A DNA stretch of 64,000 nucleotides from a virus. The translations under genes were made by a program, and so were the position numbers. Numbering within the stretch: position 1 is the stretch's first letter; each line of letters starts with the position of its first letter. The DNA is taken from the IMG/VR virus record IMGVR_UViG_3300025645_000038, positions 32,001 to 96,000 of that record; one strand, written 5' to 3'. Positions 1 through 7,864 of the stretch are shown here, in pieces. Under the pieces are notes generated by a model. The model worked only from the letters and a program-made list of their open reading frames with translations. It ran no database searches and had not been told where the DNA came from.

Positions 1-48
1 TAATGTAACAGTAGCATCTTTAATCAATAGATAAGGTAGGAGTAAACA

Positions 49-1095
49 ATGGCAATTTATAAAGATTTTAATATACAACCTGAGAATAGTTTAGTTTCAA
101 GTGATGTTGTTACTAATGTAAAAGATACTGTTTCTTCAGGAATGTGGGCTGATGGGGCTAGTAGTATCTCGGCTTACTTTACATCTTCCACACAATCAGG
201 TTCATCAGGTATTTATTATTTAGATGTTTATTCAGCTAATCCACAATCAGACTCTACTGCTAAACCACAATTTTCTGTTGCTTATGGACATTTTAATGGA
301 AGTGGTTCAGCTGGAAAAGTAGGAGTTGATGGTAATAGAGCATCAGCTGCTATATACAGACAATTAACAAATACTCTTTTAGGACCTAACGAAGAAAAAT
401 TTACATTTGCTGGTAGTGGAACCAATATAACTCCTAATTATGTATATGCTATTTCAATAGCTAGACAACAACTTCGTGAGAAGATGGATCCAGGTAATTG
501 GGAACTTCATCTAACAGGTAGTGGTAACACTAAATTAAAACTGATAGACGATAGTGGAGCTACAACCAATCCTACTGTAAATCAAGGTGGTAGGGTGTTC
601 AACATTGTTAGTGGTTCTATTGCTAGTGGTACTGCTGTAACTAAAACAACAGCTGCGGCTCAGCCAGGTGGTGGTTTTGGATTATTTTATCCAGATTTAG
701 GTATTTTAGTACTAAATGGACCTGTTTTAAATGCTTCTGCTTCTTTATCAACGACAACAACATCAAATCTTGAAGGTGGAAATGTTGGTAAATTTTATCA
801 GGCAATAAGAGGTGAAGATAAATTTCAAGCTCGTAGAGAAGAAGTGATAACTTCACAACACTACTTTTGTAGAGTTCCTAATAAGGAGTTTAACTTTAGT
901 GCTAATCCAACCTTTACTTCTGGTTCAAATGGAGATTTTACGGTTTCTACATTTTTTAAGAATCCTAAAACTTTTATTACGCAGGTAGGATTGTACAATG
1001 ATAATAATGAACTACTGGCTATTGCTAAGTTAAGTAAACCATTAGAGAAATCGTATTCGAAAGAAGCTATTATCAAAGTTAAGCTAGATTTCTAA
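49..1095 (+). CDS. Virion structural protein, baseplate/tail-collar-like
   Basis: Ser/Gly/Thr-rich. C-terminal ITQVGLYNDNNELLAIAKLSKP resembles the IGLYDxxGxLIAV motif of tail-collar/baseplate proteins. AGGAG upstream. Paralogue of the next gene. Confidence 0.6.
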   Translation: MAIYKDFNIQPENSLVSSDVVTNVKDTVSSGMWADGASSISAYFTSSTQSGSSGIYYLDVYSANPQSDSTAKPQFSVAYGHFNGSGSAGKVGVDGNRASAAIYRQLTNTLLGPNEEKFTFAGSGTNITPNYVYAISIARQQLREKMDPGNWELHLTGSGNTKLKLIDDSGATTNPTVNQGGRVFNIVSGSIASGTAVTKTTAAAQPGGGFGLFYPDLGILVLNGPVLNASASLSTTTTSNLEGGNVGKFYQAIRGEDKFQARREEVITSQHYFCRVPNKEFNFSANPTFTSGSNGDFTVSTFFKNPKTFITQVGLYNDNNELLAIAKLSKPLEKSYSKEAIIKVKLDF

Positions 1096-1113
1096 GCTTG
1101 GGAGATATAGGTC

Positions 1114-2088
1114 ATGTTTAAAAGACTCGACCCAAGAGACATCAATATAACACCTTTTAAGGTTTACAAAGAGTTTACTGTAACCAATACAGATAGTGGT
1201 AGTGGAGTCTATGGTTTTAGAGCAATCAGTTCAAGTCTACATAACTTCGATACAGATACATCATCAAAAACTACTTTTGATTCAGCTAGCTTTTATCATA
1301 TACCGACTTGGTTTATGATTAATCATATGTATTACAGAGATACTGAAAATAACTTTAATAACTTTGGTCAGAATAATGGTAAACAATATAGGTTATTACA
1401 ACCATCAGCTTCCATAATTTCAGTATCTAAAGATTTATATGGTGAGAGGATAAAGCCAGGTTCAATAACTCTAACTGATGACAGTGGTGCATCAACCCTA
1501 ACAATAAAAGACGATAGAAATGGTAATCTATATGATAATGCATTTTCATCAAGTTTTGCTACATTTGCTTCAGGTGGATTTGCTGATTCGGATATTGTAA
1601 AATCAACAGGAAGTTTTGTTGGAAATGTTTTTTATGAACAAGGTGTTTTAGTATTTACAAATACAGGTTCAAGATTTGTAGATATAGGAACTAAAACAGG
1701 CACAGATGGGTATAGTTTAAAATATAAAGCTCAAATAACAATAAGAGAACACTCTTACACTTGTGTAATCGGAGAAGGTGAATACAATGGAACTATGAAT
1801 ATATCAGCTACTAAAGAAAGAAGTGGCAGCATCTCCGTATCAGGTTCTGAAAGTCATAAACTCTTTCCTCCTGGTCACGCTACATTTCAATCAGGTTCTT
1901 ACAGACATAGTTACGAAGCAACAAACACCTATAATAATTTTGTAACACATTCTGAATTTCAACCATATATCACTAAAGTTGGTTTATATAATGATTTTAA
2001 CGAACTTATTGCTGTAGGACAACTTTCTAATCCTGTAAAAAATGAAAAAGAATTATCTTTAGCTATAAACGTAAGGTTTGATGTATAA
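1114..2088 (+). CDS. Virion structural protein, paralogue of 49..1095
   Basis: Shares the central LxDDSGA, the GxxF/YxxxGxLV segment and the C-terminal ITKVGLYNDFNELIAVGQLSNP with the upstream gene. Confidence 0.6.
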   Translation: MFKRLDPRDINITPFKVYKEFTVTNTDSGSGVYGFRAISSSLHNFDTDTSSKTTFDSASFYHIPTWFMINHMYYRDTENNFNNFGQNNGKQYRLLQPSASIISVSKDLYGERIKPGSITLTDDSGASTLTIKDDRNGNLYDNAFSSSFATFASGGFADSDIVKSTGSFVGNVFYEQGVLVFTNTGSRFVDIGTKTGTDGYSLKYKAQITIREHSYTCVIGEGEYNGTMNISATKERSGSISVSGSESHKLFPPGHATFQSGSYRHSYEATNTYNNFVTHSEFQPYITKVGLYNDFNELIAVGQLSNPVKNEKELSLAINVRFDV

Positions 2089-2810
2089 TGGGTAAGTTTA
2101 AGAAAATGATGGAAGTGACATCCAACGTAGGTGGATACAGTGCTGATGAAGGAGAACCAGACACAGGTTTTATCAGAGGTGATAAAGAAAGAGTATTGGG
2201 TGGATTAGCTGGAAAACCTGAACCTTGGTTTGATAGAGGTGGTTACAAGCAGGTTGAATTTCCTAAAGCTGACTACATATATGGTAAAGGTGAAGAAGAG
2301 GATTATGCTGTAATAAAGACTGCTTATGTATCTCAGATAAACAAAGACTTCGAAGCACATTTTGATAGTTGGGAAAATTGGATAGCTGATGAAGACTTCC
2401 AACCACAAAATACTGAAAAACTAAACGACTCAAAATATAGGAAGGTTATGAATAACTTATTATTAGAAAGGATAGACTACTTAGATTTAGCAACAACTTT
2501 GGTAAAACAATATGGACTAAAATCTAAGGTAAAGTTTGGTAGTGGAAAAGATATGGGAGAGTATGTACCTGAAACCGATACTGTAACTCTAAGAAGGTCT
2601 TACCCAAATGTAAAAGAGTTTCTGATGACTATACTACACGAAATAGGACATGCACTTGATGCTAAAAGATTAGGAGTCAGAAAGTATATAAAGAAGTATA
2701 CACAAGCTGGAACAATGGCTACATATCAAGGATTAGACCCGCATGATGATAATAAATGGGAAGAGAAGGCTGAAAGGTTTGCTAGAAAAGAATTATCAAA
2801 ATGGTTGTAA
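2088..2810 (+). CDS. Two-part protein with a C-terminal HExxH zinc metallopeptidase-like domain
   Basis: TILHEIGHALD followed by WEEKAERFA (likely third-ligand Glu), as in ImmA/IrrE-like zincins. N-terminus MGKFKKMME; internal NNLLLE linker. Confidence 0.65.
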   Translation: MGKFKKMMEVTSNVGGYSADEGEPDTGFIRGDKERVLGGLAGKPEPWFDRGGYKQVEFPKADYIYGKGEEEDYAVIKTAYVSQINKDFEAHFDSWENWIADEDFQPQNTEKLNDSKYRKVMNNLLLERIDYLDLATTLVKQYGLKSKVKFGSGKDMGEYVPETDTVTLRRSYPNVKEFLMTILHEIGHALDAKRLGVRKYIKKYTQAGTMATYQGLDPHDDNKWEEKAERFARKELSKWL

Positions 2811-2863
2811 ATAAATTCGTATAATACTTTTTTTCTGTATATATATTACTATGTTAACATACA

Positions 2864-2999
2864 ATTAGGTTTTAAAAAATTCTATTAGGTTTTTTAATAA
2901 GAAATCTTTGCCCTGTTTTTTAAAACTTTAATTAAATATTAACTAATAAGCAATAAGCAATTAACTAATAAGCTTAAGCTATTAAGCTATTAAATAAGT
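2864..2999. repeat. AT-rich intergenic region with short direct repeats
   Basis: ATTAGGTTTT at 2864 and 2884; AACTAATAAGC at 2941 and 2963; AATAAGC at 2952; TTAAGCTA at 2974 and 2982 (five TAAGC cores within 50 bp). Confidence 0.8.
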
Positions 3000-3008
3000 T
3001 TTAAATAT

Positions 3009-3362
3009 ATGAAATCAAGAAGTGCCAAGAATAAAGGTAAGAGACTTCAGAATAACGTAAGAGATCTTTTACTAGAAACATTCAATCAGTTAGAGCCCGA
3101 TGATGTTCGTTCAGCTATAATGGGTGAACAAGGAGAAGATATCAAATTATCTCCAGCGGCTAGAAAACTAATCCCTTACTCATTCGAATGTAAAAATCAA
3201 GAAGCATTAAATATATGGTCATCCCTACAACAAGCTGAAGAAAATAGTGGTGATTACGATCCTGTCTTGATATTTAAAAGAAACAGAAGTAAAACTTATG
3301 CAGTTATCAACATAGAAAAATTTATAGAACTAATCAATGAAAATAATAAATCTTCTCAATAG
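3009..3362 (+). CDS. PD-(D/E)xK nuclease, Holliday-junction-resolvase-like (Hjc/T5 D14 type)
   Basis: SAKNKGKRLQ N-terminus, GEDI, SFECKNQE catalytic motif, PVLIFKRNRS. Confidence 0.75.
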   Translation: MKSRSAKNKGKRLQNNVRDLLLETFNQLEPDDVRSAIMGEQGEDIKLSPAARKLIPYSFECKNQEALNIWSSLQQAEENSGDYDPVLIFKRNRSKTYAVINIEKFIELINENNKSSQ

Positions 3363-4278
3363 AGTTATAGGAAATCACGGTAGACGACTCAAGAAATCAA
3401 ATGAGTATATGTTTTGGTCACCATTCATCTCACATCACAAACCTAAACTCCAAATAAACACACAAACACAGAAATGGCATTGTTGGGTATCCAATCAAGG
3501 TGGTCACAATCTATTTCAGTTATTTAAGAAGTTAAAAGCTAGTAGAGAACAATTTGATGAACTATCAGACATAGTAGGAAAGCCCAAATCACTATCATCA
3601 AAATATGAGAAAAACAAGCAAAAAGATATAGTAAGATTGCCGAATGAATTTAAACCACTTTGGAAAGATGATGTTAGTATTATAAAAAAACATGCTATGG
3701 CTTATCTAAATAGTAGAGGCATTAAAATAATTGATATCATAAGATATGGTATGGGTTATTGTGAGGAAGGTTTATATGCTAATAGGATAATCGTACCATC
3801 TTACAGTTCAGATGGAGATTTAAATTACTTTGTTGGTAGAGATATCTATGGTGGCGGCTTTAAATATAAGAATCCACCTGTATCTAAGGATGTTATAGGA
3901 TTTGATTTATTTATTAATTGGAATGAACCGATTGTATTATGTGAGGGAGTATTTGATGCTATAGCAATCAGAAGAAACGCTATCCCTCTTTTTGGTAAAA
4001 CCATACCAAAATCATTAATGAAAAAAATATACGAAAAACAAGTTAAACAGATATATATATTATTAGATAGTGATGCTATTTCAGATTCTATAAAAATGAC
4101 AGATAATCTGATGAAGAATGGTATCAATGTTTATTACGTTAATCTTTCAGAGGAAGATCCTTCTGATATGGGATTTAAAAAAGTTATTAATCTTATAAAA
4201 GAAACCGAACAAACTTCTTTCTCTGATTTGATGAGGATGAAACTACATGGCAAAACAAAAAAATATATGGAAATTTAA
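3337..4278 (+). CDS. DNA primase (DnaG-like TOPRIM)
   Basis: YLNSRGI, RIIVP, YFVGR, KYKNP, TOPRIM CEGVFDAIA and LLDSDA, EDPSD. The N-terminal zinc-binding-type domain is degenerate. Confidence 0.9.
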   Translation: MKIINLLNRVIGNHGRRLKKSNEYMFWSPFISHHKPKLQINTQTQKWHCWVSNQGGHNLFQLFKKLKASREQFDELSDIVGKPKSLSSKYEKNKQKDIVRLPNEFKPLWKDDVSIIKKHAMAYLNSRGIKIIDIIRYGMGYCEEGLYANRIIVPSYSSDGDLNYFVGRDIYGGGFKYKNPPVSKDVIGFDLFINWNEPIVLCEGVFDAIAIRRNAIPLFGKTIPKSLMKKIYEKQVKQIYILLDSDAISDSIKMTDNLMKNGINVYYVNLSEEDPSDMGFKKVINLIKETEQTSFSDLMRMKLHGKTKKYMEI

Positions 4279-4468
4279 TGATGAGGAATGGAAAATCCAC
4301 ATTACTGATGTCGAGCTTTTTGAACAGACAAAGAAAAAATTTGATTTGGGAAATTCTGTCACTATTTATTATGAAAGTGGCAGTTTATCCGAAGAAACAT
4401 CTTGGGATATAATAGTACCAAATAGCAAAATTAATAAAGTCAAAAAATTCATAAAGGATAATACTTGA
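4247..4468 (+). CDS. Hypothetical protein
   Basis: 73-aa ORF overlapping both neighbours, in operon orientation; no recognisable motif. Confidence 0.55.
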   Translation: MAKQKNIWKFNDEEWKIHITDVELFEQTKKKFDLGNSVTIYYESGSLSEETSWDIIVPNSKINKVKKFIKDNT

Positions 4469-7400
4469 TTAAAGAAAATGTTGTAAAAGTACCTTTTCGT
4501 AAATTAAAGCACATTCATCATATATCTGATATCCAAATCAGAAATTTAAAGCGACATAAAGAATATGAAGAAGTCTTTGAGCGTACATACGAAGAAGTAA
4601 AAAAACATAAAGATAATGCCGTAGTCTATATCGGTGGTGATATAGCTCATTCAAAAACCGAAATGTCGCCTGAATTAGTCGATCAGCTTTCTCGTTTATT
4701 TAAGAATCTTTCTGATATCTGTCCTACGATATTAATCGCAGGTAATCACGATTGTAACTTAAATAACATATCGAGAATGGATGTTCTTACTCCTATAGTA
4801 AATAACTTACAGCACCCCAACTTACATTATTTAAAGAATAGTGGCGTGTATAAATGTGCCGATGTAAAGTTTGTCGTATGGGATGTGTGGGAAAAAGAAG
4901 ACGATTATATTGAGGCTAAAGATGTTGAAGGTGATACTAAAGTAGTTCTGTTTCATGGAACAGTTGATAAGTCAGAAACGGACTTGGGATTCAAACTGCC
5001 ATCTGATGTAAATATATCCAAGTTCAAAGGTTACGATATGGGATTGCTAGGTGACATCCACAAAAGACAGCATCTCAATAAAGAGGAAACCATTTCTTAT
5101 TGCGGTTCATTGGTTCAACAGAATCATGGAGAGGGATTAAGTCATGGTTATTTATTGTGGGATGTTCCTAAGAGAACTTCTGAGTACATAGAAGTACCGA
5201 ATGACTACGGCTATTATACGATAAACATAGATGATGGTAAGGTACCTGATTGTCCTGATATACCACAAAAGGCTAGATTAAGAGTTAGAGTAGCTAACAC
5301 CACACCATCACAACTAAAGAAAGCTATGAGTCTTATTCATAGTAAATATGGAATCAAAGAAGTATCTGTTACAAAGACAGACTCTATATACTCTACAGAT
5401 AAGGTTAGAGGACAACACATAGCAGTTGGTAACATAAGAGATGCTGATTATCAGTTCAACCTAATAGATGAATACCTAAAAACAAATCACTTCGTAGATG
5501 ATGCTACTCTGATTGATATCAAAAAGATAAACGAAGAGTTAAATGGTAGATTACCTGAAGATGATGTGAATAGAGGTGTGAACTGGCAAGTCAAGAAGTT
5601 AGAGTTTGATAATATGTTTTCTTATGGGGAGGGTAACATAGTTGACTTTACTAAACTAAATGGTATTGTTGGTTTGTTTGCTCCAAATGCTCAAGGTAAA
5701 TCTTCTTTATTAGATACTCTTTCTTTCTGTCTATTCGATAGGTCTTCAAGAGCTTACAAAGCAATCAATGTTCTTAACAATAAAAAGGATTGGTTTAGTT
5801 GTAAAGCTACATTAGAGGTTGAGGGTGTAGAATACTTTATAGAAAGAAATGCTAAAAAACAATCAAATGGTCATGTTAAGGTCAATGTAGATTTCTATAC
5901 TTATGATGATGCTAATGAAAAAGTATCTTTAAATGGTGACCAACGAAGAACTACAGATGTAAATATCCGTAAGTTAATAGGAACTTATGATGACTTTATA
6001 ATGACAGCACTTTCTCTACAAACAAACTCAACTGTATTTATTGATAAGACACAAAAAGAAAGAAAAGACTTACTTGCACAATTTATGGGTATTGGTGTAT
6101 TTGACCAACTTTATAATTTAGCTAGTGATGAGATACACGATGTCCAATCTCTACTAAAATCTTTTAGAGATAATAACTACGATACAGATTTAGCTCAGAT
6201 AAAAGAAAGTCTAACTGATTTTAGAAAAGAGTCAAGAGAGTTAACTGCAACTAAAAAAGAAATGGTTGCTGATAAAAAGAAGTCTGATAGAAAGATTATA
6301 AGTCTTACTAAGAAACTCAAAAAGGTTGATGATACTGTTGGTAGCTTAGATGAATTAGAAGAAAGAAAATCTTCTCTTAATAATAGTCTAGCTTCTACAG
6401 ATGAAAAGTTTGGTAAACTTAAAACACTTTCTGAACAACACAAGGTTGAAGAAACTGAACTAACTGAAAAGATAAATATCTTTAAAGAAAATGAAGTAGA
6501 TAAAAAGTTTGCTCAGTTTGAACAATATAGTTTAGAAAAATCAAATCATCAGATAGAGATAGACAAACTAAAGATTGAAGTTCAACATAAGTTAGAAAAG
6601 ATTGAAAAGCTAGGTAACTTAGAACACGATCCTAATTGTGATTATTGTATGAGTAATCCTTTTACATTGGATGCTATAGAGACAAGAGAAAAACTGAATG
6701 AAGATAAAACTTTAGCAGATACTTTTCTAAAGAAGTCATCTGAATTAGAAACTATTATAAATGGTTTATCTCACATTACAGCACATAAAGAACAGATGGA
6801 TTCTTGTATAAGTGATTTTAATTTATTGACTTCCAATATTAGTAAAGTAGATAGTGAACAGAAACTAACTACAGAAAAGAAAAAGAATCTTATAAGTCAA
6901 TTAGCTATTATTGAAGATAAGATTAATCTTTATCATGAACAAGAAAAGGATATTTTGTTTAACAAAGACTTACACAACTCTATTGATGCTGAACAAAATG
7001 ATTCTGATAGATTAGAGAATGATATAGAAGAGTTAGATAAAAAGTTACAATCTGTAAATGGTGAAATAAAAGTATTAGAAACTAATCGTAGAAACATAAT
7101 GTCTAATATCAAAAAGGTAGAGGAATTAGAAGGTAAGTATGCTGCTTATCAATATTATATGGATGCTATCAAGAGAGATGGTATACCTTACGAACTAATA
7201 TCTAAAGCTCTACCGACTATCGAAGGTGCCGTAAATGATATACTTGCACAAATTGTAGACTTTTCTATGATATTAGAAATGGATGGTAAGAATATAAATT
7301 GTTACATAGTGTATGATGATGATAATGTATGGCCTCTTGAATTAAGTAGCGGCATGGAACGATTTATCTCCTCTCTAGCTATGCGTGTGGGATTGATAAA

Positions 7401-7620
7401 TGTTTCTAACTTACCAGCTGCTAACTTCTTAGCAATCGATGAAGGTTGGGGAACTATGGATTCAGACAATTTAAACTCAGTTTATAATCTGTTTCAGTAT
7501 TTAAAAACTCAGTTTCAATTTACAATGATTGTTTCTCATATAGATTCTATGAGAGATGCTGTGGATACTTTATTAGAAATTAAGAAAGAAGATAAGTTTT
7601 CTAACGTATCTTTTGACTAG
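4465..7620 (+). CDS. Fused Mre11/SbcD (gp47-like) nuclease and Rad50/SbcC (gp46-like) ATPase
   Basis: Phosphoesterase motifs SDIQ, GGDIAH, AGNHD, FHG, GDIH. Walker A APNAQGKSS, coiled coil with hook CDYC, signature LSSGME, Walker B LAIDEG, H-loop IVSH. TTG start after AAGGA. Confidence 0.92.
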   Translation: MIKENVVKVPFRKLKHIHHISDIQIRNLKRHKEYEEVFERTYEEVKKHKDNAVVYIGGDIAHSKTEMSPELVDQLSRLFKNLSDICPTILIAGNHDCNLNNISRMDVLTPIVNNLQHPNLHYLKNSGVYKCADVKFVVWDVWEKEDDYIEAKDVEGDTKVVLFHGTVDKSETDLGFKLPSDVNISKFKGYDMGLLGDIHKRQHLNKEETISYCGSLVQQNHGEGLSHGYLLWDVPKRTSEYIEVPNDYGYYTINIDDGKVPDCPDIPQKARLRVRVANTTPSQLKKAMSLIHSKYGIKEVSVTKTDSIYSTDKVRGQHIAVGNIRDADYQFNLIDEYLKTNHFVDDATLIDIKKINEELNGRLPEDDVNRGVNWQVKKLEFDNMFSYGEGNIVDFTKLNGIVGLFAPNAQGKSSLLDTLSFCLFDRSSRAYKAINVLNNKKDWFSCKATLEVEGVEYFIERNAKKQSNGHVKVNVDFYTYDDANEKVSLNGDQRRTTDVNIRKLIGTYDDFIMTALSLQTNSTVFIDKTQKERKDLLAQFMGIGVFDQLYNLASDEIHDVQSLLKSFRDNNYDTDLAQIKESLTDFRKESRELTATKKEMVADKKKSDRKIISLTKKLKKVDDTVGSLDELEERKSSLNNSLASTDEKFGKLKTLSEQHKVEETELTEKINIFKENEVDKKFAQFEQYSLEKSNHQIEIDKLKIEVQHKLEKIEKLGNLEHDPNCDYCMSNPFTLDAIETREKLNEDKTLADTFLKKSSELETIINGLSHITAHKEQMDSCISDFNLLTSNISKVDSEQKLTTEKKKNLISQLAIIEDKINLYHEQEKDILFNKDLHNSIDAEQNDSDRLENDIEELDKKLQSVNGEIKVLETNRRNIMSNIKKVEELEGKYAAYQYYMDAIKRDGIPYELISKALPTIEGAVNDILAQIVDFSMILEMDGKNINCYIVYDDDNVWPLELSSGMERFISSLAMRVGLINVSNLPAANFLAIDEGWGTMDSDNLNSVYNLFQYLKTQFQFTMIVSHIDSMRDAVDTLLEIKKEDKFSNVSFD

Positions 7621-7771
7621 ACAATAAGTTCTTAGGTTTTTCTCCCCCTCGTTTAAGTCTTAGTATATGCTGATTAAGTACAGCACTCATAGTAGTGCTT
7701 TCTTCTTTAGCATATACTCTAAACCAATCCATTAGGTTTTCTTCTATAGTAAAAGAATATTTCTTTTTCAT
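7601..7771 (-). CDS. Small ribbon-helix-helix (CopG-like) DNA-binding protein
   Basis: MKKKYSFTIEENLMDWFRVYAKEESTTMSAVLNQHI fits a strand-helix-helix pattern. GGAG lies 9 nt before the ATG at 7771, favouring it over 7786. Confidence 0.65.
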   Translation of the reverse strand: MKKKYSFTIEENLMDWFRVYAKEESTTMSAVLNQHILRLKRGGEKPKNLLSSQKIR

Positions 7772-7800
7772 ACCGATAATCTCCATATTTTGTACATATA

Positions 7801-7808
7801 ATAAATAT
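7801..7808 (-). promoter_or_regulatory. ATATTTATW element upstream of the RHH gene
   Basis: ATAAATAT on + reads ATATTTAT on -, the same element found in other gaps. Confidence 0.5.
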
Positions 7809-7826
7809 TAAAATAATTAAGTTATG

Positions 7827-7834
7827 ATATTTAT
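7827..7834 (+). promoter_or_regulatory. ATATTTATW putative late-promoter element
   Basis: ATATTTATTAATGA, identical over 14 nt to the copy at 37657; 30 nt before the giant gene. Confidence 0.6.
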
Positions 7835-7864
7835 TAATGATATCAAAATATAGGAAAATCATTA

